From Callorhinchus milii (lineage: Eukaryota): a stretch of DNA of 64,000 bases. The stretch spans positions 92,878,001 to 92,942,000 of the forward strand of contig NW_024704743.1 of NCBI RefSeq assembly GCF_018977255.1. Direction: 5' to 3'. Numbering within the stretch: the first letter of the stretch is position 1; each line of letters begins with the position of its first letter. A program made the position numbers and the translations under genes. The notes beneath the pieces are model-generated. The model was not told the DNA's origin. It ran no database searches and was given only the letters and a program-made list of their open reading frames with translations. Positions 12,151 through 24,084 of this stretch are shown one piece after another.

Positions 12151-14227
12151 TGGTACTCAGGTATTTGAACAAGGATGCAGCATGCTAAAATTTCTATGGG
12201 TGGGTTAATCTGTCCCCATTTAGAATGGAGCCAGAATAGTTCCCTAGAAAAGCTTTATAAAGGTAGGTTTTAGGTGCAGAATCTAATCAAAAGGCTAATG
12301 GAGTATTGATTTTTAAAACAAAGGATCACGGAATATAAAAGCAAGGATGTGTTCCTGTAGAGAGTCTGTCAGAGTCCCCACTCTGATGAAAATAAATAAT
12401 AATCATAATTCTTATATTTGGTAACTAAGGGAATTATGGAGATAGAAAAGTTCTCAGTGGGAAAATAACAGGTAAATGCACCTCGCACTGAACAAGAAAA
12501 TCAGGACACAAAATAGATCTCTATGGGAAATGGATGACACAATTCAATAGTTGAACAGACTCGGCAGACTGAATGGCCTCCTTTTTCTAGATCTCAAGTG
12601 AAGTGAAATCTGAAGCAGACAAATCTGGGAAATTTCAAGTTGATAGATAATCATTAGGGCTGGCAGATTTGGTTCATCCTATGAACCAAATAGTTTTCAC
12701 ATCCATTTTCTTCCGGTGTCCTGCTGATCATGCAGATGATGACAAAATGGTGCCTTCAAAGGTATGCTGTTCAGGCGAACGATAAAGATCCTATAGCACT
12801 ACTCAAAAGGGAAGTGAGTTTCTCCCAGTATCCTGGACAACAATTCATCAGATAAATTTGGCCACTCACTGTTTATGAGATATAATTCTGCACAAATTGG
12901 CTGCCATGTTCACCTACAAATATATAGCATGTGCTGTGAAGTGCTTTAAGATGTCTTGCTGATGTAATGGCTGTTATTTCAAATGTAAAGATCATTATAT
13001 TTATTAAAGTGTGTTCCATTATATAAATGCATTCCATTTAAGCATGAGATAGAAATGGTGCAGGAGAAATATATTCCATTAGGAATTAAGGGGGAATTAA
13101 CTAATAATGGAATGGCACAGATGAACAAGGAAGTGGAGACAAAACTGCAACTAAGAAAAAAAAGATTTGAAAAGTACAGAATAGATAATACTTTGTACAT
13201 TCTTTGTAAATCTTTGTATAACTTGTGAGGTGCTGGCATTATCTGCTCCCTGTGTAAAACTTTTATTATGTGTAAAATATTTCCTATTGTTGATTCAACG
13301 ATGTATAAGAACACTCATATGTAATCCCCAGAAAAGTATAATGAAGTATGTAACTGTTTGCAACACAGAAATGTGTGAAATTGGCTGGCATCATTATTGT
13401 ATTTCTGAACATGTTTTCATAAATATAGAAATACTGGATCTCCGAAGCTGAACTCTGAAGAAAGTTCCAGCATTTAGATCAAATGTTCTGCTGCTTCAGC
13501 ACTGAACAACTTTGATTAAAGGCCATGAACAATTATGTTATTGTATTGCAGTTACATGTCTCCTAAATTCATGAATTGTCCTTGACCTTTGATCTTCAGA
13601 GAGCCATTCAAACTTTTTGTGAACGTTTAATAAATAAAACGTATATCCTGCCACCACAATCTTGTCAGTTAACTAATTAATGCAGAATAATGCCATGTAC
13701 CACATACAATACATTTCATCCATAAGGAACAGAATAGAGTGAGATCCCCCATTAAAACAGACTATTTTTTTGACAGTTTTGGCATCAACAAACAATCTGT
13801 CTTATATAAAATGTTGCCCATTCACAAGAATAGAAATAATCTTTATAAAGGTGAATTTGCTAGTGATTGCACCTAAACAGTCAGTCATCAACAATTAACT
13901 CCTTATTTTTTTCAACAAGGTTTCTCTTTAAGATTAAGAATTGCCTTTTGCTGAACATGTTGCTTTCCTGTACCATCAATAACAAGGCTAGGGTCCTGGA
14001 GCATGCATGATGGTACACGTGGAGAGGATCTATATTTTGGAAGTAAGACTGGAACAACACTGAGTATATTCAATTCTTGACTCCCTCAGGGATGAAGTAG
14101 TAGATTTTTATATTAAAAAAAACAAGTGAGGGAGAAAAAGTATTGCACTGCACTGTTTAAATTGGAGTTTGAAGATGGAAGAGCCACATTTGCAGTGAGG
14201 CCTGTGAATGCTCATTGGTGCAGTTAC

Positions 14228-14262
14228 CTTGCCCTCCAGGTTGTGTGCACACTTTTGTGTAC
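14228..14262 (-). other. Candidate 35-nt exon
   Basis: tttttttttacttacag|GTACACAAAAG..GAGGGCAAG|gtaact on the minus strand. Confidence 0.25.
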
Positions 14263-14459
14263 CTGTAAGTAAAAAAAAACATGGCCATATCAGCAAATGC
14301 AGTAGACAGAGGACACAGGAAAGTTTGCTTTGGGCAGAACTTCAGGCTGACAGACAGACATTACCACCACTCTGTTATTCAGCATCATGGTAATTCCCTG
14401 ATATCAGCTTTGGTTGAAAAATGCCATGCTTTTGTTAAGAAATGGTCCAATTTATTTTC

Positions 14460-14537
14460 AAAGGGCCAGCTCAAACACAATGGGTCGAATGGCCTCCTTC
14501 TGCGCTGTATAATTCTATGTTTCTATGATTCTATGAA
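14460..14537 (+). mobile_element. CR1 3' terminus
   Basis: tgggtcgaatggcctccttctgcgctgtataattctatgtttctatgattctatga, the (ATTCTRTG)n CR1 tail. Confidence 0.8.
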
Positions 14538-16749
14538 TTTCAGTAAATACTTATCAACTGGCTTTGGAATTTAATTCCATCCTCCCACCGACTAAGGTAA
14601 GCTAACTAACTCAGGATGAGTTAGGCTAGTTTTCTGTAACAAATTTAACAATTGGCTGATGATAATTAATGCATTGTTGAAAATATGGTCCATGCTTTCA
14701 ATTGATTTTTAAAGGCATAATAATAATAAAAATCCTTCACATGCCTTTCACTTTGGGAGGGTGTCTTAAAGTGCTTACCAGAACTTTACTGTAAAGTGTA
14801 GTGATTCTGTAATTTGTAGGCAGACATCTATTGATCTATAAGTGTGATCTTCCTCCTCGACCCCATCACAATGGGAGGTCTGCAGGCAGCCAGTCATATC
14901 CATTGGTGTGTCAATTAGCAAGAATTTGGCTTAATTGAATGAAAGAATCAGAGTAGAAAAAGATTTTAACTATGCAAGGCCAAACTAAATCCAATGGGTG
15001 CTGCGACCAAGAAAGAGAAATGACTGAAGTAGAAGTAGCAAGAAGGAAGTCTGTGTGATGATTCAAAAGATATTGGGGGAGCAATGCTGGACCTCAGGAG
15101 TTTTTTTTTCTTTGGTGGTTCTGCCCATGTTGGAGAGTCTTAAATACATATGGAAATGTGGCAACTTGTCAATTGTTGAGTAAGTGTTGCCAGCACCATC
15201 TGACCAATGGTCCTTCGGGTCATAAAGAAATACACTGAGCTTAAAAGAAATACAATTAAAGGAAATCCCAATTTTAGGGCATATCTTTATTCTAGCTTGC
15301 TTCAAGCTACACTGAGCACCATAATTGATTTTCCGTCTCTTTGATCTCAACCTGTTAAGGTTAGCAGCATTCAAATACAGCTTCACATTTTTATGAATCA
15401 TGATTCTCCAAAATCAAAAGGTTATACCACCAATAAGCTAAAAACAAATTATTTCAATCATTCAATTGCTCGAGCAGTCATCCTTACGTCACTCTTAATT
15501 GGTGTAAACTATGCTTATAGTTGAAATGAAACACAGTATAGGAATAATGTTCACTTTACTTAGAACCAAGCAAATATTTCCAGAGTCTTCTTGTGCTATA
15601 CTTTCTGTGTTGTACCTGCTGTAAACAAGAAATCTAAGCATTTAGCACATTAAAAAATATGTACTCTTAGCAGGAAAATGCTGTCTTGTAAACCACAAAG
15701 AAGCAGAGATTAATGAGTTTTTATTGGAAATAATATCCAAAATGGTGTGTTATCACTGATAGTATTTTTTGATACAAAGAGAAACTACAAATTGGTAACT
15801 GATCTTTGCCCTACAGGTATACAATAACACTGCTGAACTGGAGTTGAGATGAATGACCCACATTTATTTACTTCTTCTGGAAGAAAGGAGCAGATTAAAT
15901 TTACAATTCCAGTTTAGGATCAAACTATTTTCACACAACTGTAAATTGTGCTTATTTGGTTAATCAGAAACCCCTCATTATTTAAAGTTTGTTTTCTCAG
16001 CAATTTTTTTCCTCATTCTAACAAGTAATTTTCTGAACTTCGCTGAGTTGGTAGCTGTAAACTACAGAAGTATCAGGAAAGGCAGGTAAATGGAACTGAA
16101 AGATTTGCTCTTCAAAGAGCCAGCACAGATATGATGGAAACGTTATTTGCAGTACATTTCTGTGGTTCTCGTTGTAGAGTGGGAGCTTTGTGACAAATGT
16201 TTATCTTCTGTACTGCAATTTCTATGAAACTAAAAACTATCTGCAGCCTAAAATGATGATTCAACCCACAGAAACACTGATCAGAATGCTTCTGTCATGA
16301 TGGAGGACGAGCCTTACTACCTTATTGTCCACACAGCAATGATACGCCTCACACATGATTACTTGGGCCACAATTGTTGTATTGTGGATGCAATACGAAG
16401 GACATCAATGCAATAGAGAGGGTGCAGAGGGGATATCCTTTGGTTTGACAAACATGGCAGATAATTTGTGCAGAGCAATGTCCCAGAAACAGTCAAGAAG
16501 TGAATGACAAATTTTATTTGTGGGATACTGTTAGCCAGCACACCGGGAGAAATTTCCTTCTTTTAGACCCCAGTGCAGCATTCCATTTGGTCCAGTAATG
16601 ACTACAAAACTGCGTCTTGGTATGTAAGAACATAGGAAAGTAGGAAACAGGTTGCAAAACAGTGCCACAAGAGTGGATTGGAGCCATCAATATTAGATAA
16701 CAAAGTGACAGACCCACAATAGACCACACAGCGAATGTCAGTGCTAGAA

Positions 16750-17300
16750 AGTACAAAACATCACCCTCCATCGCCTCAATCCTCGCCAGGCTCCACTGTC
16801 TCCCAGTGGCTCAATTTCAGTGTCCTCACCCTCGGCTACAATCTCTCCACTCTCTAGCACCTCCCTAGCTCTGATCTTCTCCCACCCAACCTCACCCCAT
16901 CTGCTCTCTCCCTCTGCTTAGCTAACTCGAGCTTTACTGCACATTTTCTGCCCCAGCTTCTCCCCACCAACAATGGCTGAGCTTTCAGGAACTCCCTCAG
17001 TTTTGCCCACCCCACCCCTTCCCTGCTTGTCTTCATATACTGTCTTTAAACCTACACCTTCGTCTAGACCTATTGAACCTGTGTGCTAACTCTGGGCTCC
17101 TGCTTGTTCCTCACTGTCTGTCTCCCCAATCCCATTAGTGGTCAAGGACTCAACTGTTATACCCTCATGCTTTGGAACTTGCACAAAATCTATCTCTGAT
17201 TTGTGTCTTCTCTAGGACTTCAAAACCTTTTTAACACGCTGTGCTCTGACTGTGCTTTTAGTCAAAACCCTCAGCCTTCCCCTCGTCTCCCTCCTGACCA
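16750..17300 (+). mobile_element. Old L2 3' fragments
   Basis: atcctcgccaggctccactg (LARLHWLP-like) and the pyrimidine-rich L2 3' region. Confidence 0.65.
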
Positions 17301-17305
17301 CCCCC

Positions 17306-17642
17306 TGGAGGCTGTAGCTCAGTGGTTAGAGTACTCGACTCACAAGCGAGAGACTTGGATTCTATTCCTGGCAGCGAGACATGTTGGACAAGTTTCCTGA
17401 CTCCACACACCTCTGTTTACCTCACAGTAAGTAGGAACCTGATTGTTAGTCGATTGGCGGATCACTTTTCTGGGGATAATAATCACTCAAAAAATAATAA
17501 TAATTTGGTTAATCAATCCACGACTGTTTGTGGGACACTGCTGTGTGTGTTTCTCCCACAAATATAATCAATTCACTTTATAGTATATTCTGTGAAGCGC
17601 TGTGTGAAGTCTAGAAGACATGAAAAGCACTATATTAAATGC

Positions 17643-17680
<38 letters not shown>
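17306..17680 (+). mobile_element. Full-length tRNA-derived SINE (long subfamily) with long (TTA)n tail
   Basis: ggaggctgtagctcagtggttagag head; body matches the 8258 and 32214 copies. Confidence 0.9.
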
Positions 17681-17682
<2 letters not shown>

Positions 17683-19053
17683 AAGCCAAAGACATGCAAC
17701 TTGCACAGGCATTTGCTTTACACAGCCTTCTGATATCTAACTTAGTATTGAATGCATAATATTCCTTTATTGGTCTAATCAAATTGAGTGACTCAGAATG
17801 TCTGAGCAGGCTCAAATTAATATTTTCCACCCCTTTTGCAGATACTGTATGATGAATTAATATTAATAGTAATCCTTACATTTGATATAGTGCCTTTTAA
17901 GCAGGGAAGATGTCTCAAAGCAAAGGTAGCTTCAGCTGAGGTATTGAGGAGATTACACACTTAACAACTCAGCTATACTGGCAAAGTCAATATATGATCA
18001 ATTGCTCAACCAAATCTTTATACTAATTTAAGATATTAAATGTTCCACTCTTCAAAGGATGTCACTCTACAGCAATAAGATTAGTACCCTTTCAGCGTGT
18101 CCCCTTGTGATGGAAATTCCCATTGTCACTTATTCCTACAAGAACATTGAACATTCTGTATGGGCAGGTTTAATGCTCTGAGATCCTATCCTGTATGAAG
18201 GATGCAATATAATTCCAAGTTGTTGCTGTTTCTCACTGAATAGTTCATTTTATGAATGGTGAATCATTTATTCTATGTTTCTATCCTATTAAACATGACT
18301 GTGTAAAAATTAGCAAATGATTGAAATAATGATAAACAAAAATATTTCATAAATCTTAATCTTATGTAAAACTTTTGCATATTTAATAATTTTATAAAAT
18401 CCATTCACCATAATTCTTTAGTTTTATTGTATGGCACCTAGATTCAAACACTGCAAAAATGATTCATTCTGGCTTGTTAAATATTAAAACATCTGTTTTG
18501 ATCTTTCATTAATATATTCCCATATACAACAACTTCAACAACAAGAACTTGCACTTATATAGCATCCTCCACCCAGGGTAGCATCTCAGAACATATATGT
18601 TTGCTAAATGTTTATTTGAAGTTAAAGTAGCTTTTCTGGGCAACAGATTTTTTCTCTTTAAATGGATCAATCCAGGGGGTTGATCCCCTCCCACCCAAAA
18701 TCTAATGGAAAAAAAAGTAGAGATATTTCTATTTGTCTCACCATGGTTCGCTCTATTTAGCATAAAACATTAGATCTGAAACATTATCTAGCCTAAACCT
18801 ATTAAGACCATTTTGTCTTAAAATCTAATAAGGTGTAGAATTGTGGCTAATTCTTAGATCCAGATTTAATTTGTAAACGGAGTTTCCACAGGTCTTAAAA
18901 TTCACCAGCTTCCAAACTGAGATTGAATTGAAGATTTTTCTTCAATTCTGTAGTATTTAATAACAAGAATAATTAATAATAATAATAATACTCTGACATT
19001 TAATACAGCATCTTTCACATTGGGAGGATGTCTCAAAGGCTTTACAGGTTAAA

Positions 19054-19852
19054 CACCTCAGGCGCTGGCAGCATCAGCCTCCATGGCTGCACACTCAACC
19101 TCACTAAGCCAGTCAGGAACTTGGGTGTCTTGTTCGACCCTGAACTGTCCTTTCTCCCCCACATCCGCGCCATGACCGGCACTGCCTACCACCACCTCCG
19201 CAACATTGCCAGACTCCGCCATTGCCTCACCCCTCAGGCTGCCGAAACCCTCACCCACGCATTCGTCACCTCAAGGTTTGATTATGGAAACTCCCTCCTC
19301 ATCGGCCTTCCCAACTCTTCATTTCACAAGCTGCAGTTCATCCAAAACTCTGCAGCTCGTGTACTCTCGCACACCAGGCTCTGTGACCCCATCACTCCCA
19401 CCCTCGCCCAACTCCACTGGCTCCCCATTCCCCAGAGGATCGAGTTCAAGATCCTTGTCCTCACTTTCAAGGCCATCCATAACCTTGCCCCCTCCTACCT
19501 CTCTGACCTACTGACTCCCTACCAACCTGCCCGCTCCCTCCATTCATTGGGCTCCAGCCTGCCCCGTCCGACTCACCCTACCATCAGTGGCCGGGCTTTC
19601 AGCCTCTCTGCCCCCATACTCTGGAACTCCATCCCACGATCCCTTCACCTCACTTCCTCCCATGCCTCCTTCAAGGCCGGTCTCAAGACCCTTCTCTTCG
19701 ACCATGTCTTTGGTCTCCCTCCCACCTCTCTGCCTTCCCTCACCCCTACACCTCCCCACCCCCATGCTTGGGCCCCGACACCTGACTGTTCAGCGCTTTG
19801 GAATGCCTCCCTACGTAAAAGGCACGCTATAAGTGTAATTTTGTTGTTGTTG
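19054..19852 (+). mobile_element. 5'-truncated young L2 (ORF2 C-terminal part still open), inserted into a minus-strand SINE
   Basis: ORF 19028..20020 has VRNLGVLFDPELSF, HAFVTSRFDYGNSLL, LHWLPIPQRIEFKIL; (TTG)n tail; SINE remnants on both sides (18975-19047, 19853-19880). Confidence 0.93.
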
Positions 19853-19929
19853 TGGAGTGACTCATGTTTTGTAGGCAAAATGTGTTTTGTGATCTTAAAT
19901 TTATGTAAATATGCTGCATTCCTCTCCTC

Positions 19930-20397
19930 ATGTGTCAGCCTGACTCAGCTGGTCACAGTCTCACCTTTGAGTCAGAAGGTTGTGGGTTCAAACCACACAT
20001 CGAGATCTAAACTCACATAGTCCAGGCTTATACTCCAATGCAGTGATGGCAGTTTCTTGCATTGTCAGAGGTGATTTGCTTCAGCTGAGAAATTTAACTG
20101 AGGTTCTGTTCACGTATTCAGGTGGCCATTAAATATTCCATCATACATCACAAAAAGAGAAGGGTGTTTTTCTCAGAGTCCTAACCAACAATCCCCCAAA
20201 TAAAATTGATCATTCAGCCATTATGTCACTCACTTCATGGCTGTTTGTGCAACATTATGCAATTTGCTGCTGCATTCACATACTAATATACAATTACTCC
20301 ACTTCACATTAAATCTTTCAAACAGATTGAGACATCATCCCGATGTGAAAGGTCCTTTATCAAATACCAGAATTAGTATTAATATTATTATTATTAT
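19930..20397 (+). mobile_element. Full-length old Deu-domain SINE
   Basis: tgtcagcctgactcagctggtc..gtgggttcaaacc head, Deu domain, (TTA)n tail. Confidence 0.8.
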
Positions 20398-20475
20398 AAT
20401 ACATTTGGAGACTTTGTAATTTATGACTGGAGCTTTTTGATTATAATCACCAATCATTTGAAAATATTTGCGTGA

Positions 20476-20815
20476 AACAACAACAACATTAAATTTCTAT
20501 AGCGTCTTTCACATCGGGAAGACGTCCCAAGCATTGATCAGTCAGAATTTCGGACCCGAGCTGGGGGTCAGGATCGTGGAGGGCGGAGAACTGGGAGCGC
20601 GGGGGGAAAGGAGGGTGATCAAAAGCCCGGTCGAAGAGGAGGCTCTTGAGATGGGTCATGAAGAAGGCAAGGGAGGGCACAAAGCAGAGGGACTGCAGAA
20701 CGGCGTTCCAGAGGCTGGGGCAGAGTGGAAGAAGGCCCGCCCACCAATGGTTGGCAGAGCGAGGCGGGGGACGTGAAGCAGGTTAGAACCCACTGAGTGG
20801 AGGGAGCAGGTAGGT
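20476..20815 (-). mobile_element. L2 3' end
   Basis: (CAA)n tail; LKSLLFDRAF in ORF 20489..20680; same subfamily as 45213-45440. Confidence 0.88.
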
Positions 20816-20849
20816 ATGGTAGGGGCTTAGTACCGCTAAAGGTACTAAG

Positions 20850-21515
20850 TTTAGAGGCCCTCCAGATTGGCTCACGTCAGCGCCTCCGCACCTCAGGCGC
20901 TGACAGCATCAGTATCCAAGGCTGCACTCTCTACCTCTCAAAGCCAGTCAGGAACCTCGGTGTTCTGTTCGACCCTGAGTTGTCCTTTCTTCCCCAATCT
21001 GCGCCACAACTGGCACCGCCTTCCATCACCTCCGGAACATCGCCAGACTACGGCACTACCTCACCCCTCACGCTGCTGAAACACTGGTCCACACCTTTGT
21101 CACCTTAAGGCTGGGCTACGGGAACTCTCTCCTCGCCGGCCATCCCGGCACCTCCCTCCACAAGCTGCAGGTCATTCAGAACTCTACAGCTCGTGTACTG
21201 TCCCGCACCAGGCTTTGCGACCACATCACTCCCACCCTCGCTCGCCTCCACTGGCTCCACATCCCCCAGAGGATCAAATTCAAGATCCTCATCCTCACCT
21301 ACAAGGCAATTCACGGCCTTGGACCCTCCTACCTCTCCAAACTACTATCCCCCTACTTACCTGCCCATTCCCTCCTTTCCTCTGGCTTCGGTCTGCTGCA
21401 CATCCCCCGCCCCAACCACCCTACCATCGGTGGCCGGGCTTTCAGCCCTCTCAGCCCCTAGGCTCTGGAACTCCATTCCCCAGTGCCTTCACCTTGCTTC
21501 CTCCCTTTCTTCTCT
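20850..21515 (+). mobile_element. L2 ORF2 C-terminal fragment
   Basis: EALQIGSRQRLRTSGADSISIQG..PVRNLGVLFDPELSF; homologous to the 19054 copy. Confidence 0.9.
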
Positions 21516-21519
21516 CACA

Positions 21520-22081
21520 CAGAGTAGAGATGGGTTCAAGGAGGATTTTTTAAGAATAGTGGTGATGACGGCCATTTTTAATGGGGTGGGAACAGTACCA
21601 GTGGACAGAAAGAGGTTTGTGATGTCTGTGAGTAGAGGGGCAAGGAGGTGGAGCAGAGAGGTAAGGAGAGGGTTAGGAATGGGGTCGAGGGAGCAGGTGG
21701 TTGGTTGTATGCCGGTTATAGAGGTGGCGAGAGAGGAGTGAGAGACAGGATCGAAGGTGTGGAGGGAGGAATGGGTAGGGGCTGGGGTGGGAGGAGGAGA
21801 TGGGAGGGTGTAGTAGATGGAAGGGCCGAGGCAGCTGAGGGGATCCACTTGACTTTGGATTCGAGGAAGTCCAGCATTGCCTCGTAGTTAGCATTGGAGG
21901 TGAGAATGGGCAAGGCATGAGGTGGAGGGCGGAGTAGCTGGTTTGTGATGGAGAAGAGGAGCCTTGTGTTGTCCTTGGCCTCCGAGATTGTCTTGGAGTA
22001 GAAAGATGATTTAGCAGAGGCAAGGGCGGAGCAGTAAGATTTGATAAAGTCCAGCCAGATCTGCTGATGGACCATTAAGTT
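21520..22081 (-). mobile_element. L2 ORF2 internal fragment
   Basis: PTTCSLDPIP..TGTVPTPLKMAVITTILKK and SAKSSFYSKTI..RLLFSITNQLL. Confidence 0.88.
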
Positions 22082-22938
22082 TGCAACACAGAATGAGTCT
22101 AGTGATTGTTAAAAATAAGGGTTAAAGAAAATCTGATAAAGATAGATTAAGAAGCTGTTAGAAAAGATTGATTTTAATATAATCTGTAAGTAGAAGAATT
22201 AATAGTAAATGTATGTATGTATCAGTATTCACATATGTATGATGGTAGCAAACAGGGTGAGAAAGAAACTGTTAGTCGTAATTAGAAACTGTTTTCTTAA
22301 CATTTTAAGAATTTGTAGAATGAGCCATTCTGATTCTAAAAGGTCAACAGTCAGTCAATTGTAATGGTGAGAGAAGGCATAGAACAGGCTCCAAGAAGGG
22401 CACAAGAAATCTGCAATCCATGAGAGCACCTAAGTAAAGCTACTCAGTATTCTGTGATCACATGCCAATCACATTTCTACCAGACAGAGACAGGCTCCGG
22501 CCTTGGAAGGGAAAAGTAAGATGTCATGTGTTGAAGAATTATGAGCAAGCTGCTTTGTCTCAAAAGGGTCTGCTTATCTAAAAGATATGGGTACAAGGAT
22601 GTGCAAGGGTTGAGTACGTTGGGTACATGCTAGGATGCTTGATTGGAGAAGAAAGCGGGAAGATCCCTAGGTGGAAAAAGTACAACTGTCCTGACTTTAG
22701 GCAAGTAAGGCAGCAGATCCAGCCAGACAAAGAGGGCAGCCGAACTATCAGAGAGAAGGTGTGCTGAAACCATCGCAACTGACTGACTGCTTCAAAACTG
22801 AAAGTATAAGTTCTGTTACTTGTAATGGCAGTATTATTTTACTAGTTGTGTATGTGTTACTTTGATTAATAAATCTCTATTACATCTTAATTGGATTGTC
22901 AGGTCATTATTTGAACCTCAGGATCGGAAATCCGAACA
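22082..22938 (+). mobile_element. Probable solo LTR (retrovirus/LTR-retrotransposon)
   Basis: About 860 bp unlike the flanking LINEs; TG at 22082, gattgg CCAAT-like box near 22641, AATAAA near 22868, U5-like end ...aaatccgaaCA; no TSD found. Confidence 0.45.
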
Positions 22939-23224
22939 AGGCAATTACCATAGTGTTATTTGTTCCATTTGAATGTATAAAGCCATGAAGAGTATTTTAG
23001 TAGAAACCTCTGCGGAAGAAAGTGTAAGTGATCAAGAAATTGGTGTTAACAGTTTAATGATATCAGGATGAGTCCCAATCCTACTTGGGGATTTAATTGA
23101 TCAAACTGAGAGTTTGAATAACTACATAAATTTAAGGTAAGCATGAAAAATCCCATTTTTTGGTGAATAAATTAGCATCATAGCTTTATTTTGGGAACAC
23201 CCACCATATTCCGGAATGAGTAAA

Positions 23225-23790
23225 GGAATAAGTTGCACTTATATATCTCCCTCTGCGCAGGACGTGGATGGCGGGGGGCAGTGGGTGGGGGTGAGATGGC
23301 CGTAAGCACAGTCAAAGAGGAAGGTTTTCAGGTGGGACTTGAAAAAGGGGAGAGAGGGGCAAGGCGGAGGGATTGAGGGGAACTTGGAACTTACCGGGTG
23401 GTGGATTGGGGAATGAGGAGGTCGGAGAGTTAGGGAGGTGCCAGAGAGTGAAGGGATTCAAACACAAGTGTGAAGATCTTGAAGTCTATTCGTTCGATGA
23501 TGGGGAGCCAGTGGAGCCTGGCCCGAACTGCTGAGAAGTGGGTACGGAGTTTGGTCCGGGTCAATATGCAGGCAGTAGAGTTTTGAATGAGTTGCATCTT
23601 TTGAATGGTGGTGCTGGGGAGACCGGCGAGAATTGCGTTTGAGTAATCCAAACAGGAGGTGACAAACGCATGCATGTTGGATTTCAACTGCATTTGGGTT
23701 AAGGTACAGTCGGAGGTAGGCAATGTGGTGGAGGTGGAAGATGGAGGGGAGGCTCCGACGAGTGTAACCAGGAGGGGAGGCTGCGTCAAT
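23225..23790 (-). mobile_element. Internally deleted L2
   Basis: HAFVTSCLDYSNAIL..LHWLPIIERIDFKI joined to the endonuclease-region motif ASPPGYT (23745-23790). Confidence 0.85.
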
Positions 23791-24084
23791 TTCAGGACAT
23801 ACATCAGGAAGTAGTCCTATACCCAAGGGGTAATTAATAACTGGAACTAGTTACCAGGAGAGATGGTTGGTTTAAAGTACTCATTTAAAATCAGTGTGAT
23901 ACTATGTTGGAAAAGTAGGTATGCTGAAAGGAGGAAATGAAAAGGACCTTCTTCATCTGACCCGATCTTATGATATTGTCAAAGGGTTGATATGAGATCG
24001 TGTTATGCAATGCTTTTAGAGCACATCAGTAAATTGTTGGATAGAAATCTCACCTGGGTCTAGATTTATTTTATTTAACATTAT

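Noticed and set aside
19028..20020. Longest ORF (330 aa) as a host gene
   Set aside because: C-terminal L2 ORF2 fragment; its start codon lies in a flanking SINE remnant and it reads through the tail into another SINE.
21193..22075. Overlapping Pro/Ser-rich ORFs
   Set aside because: Alternative-frame shadows of C-rich L2 sequence.
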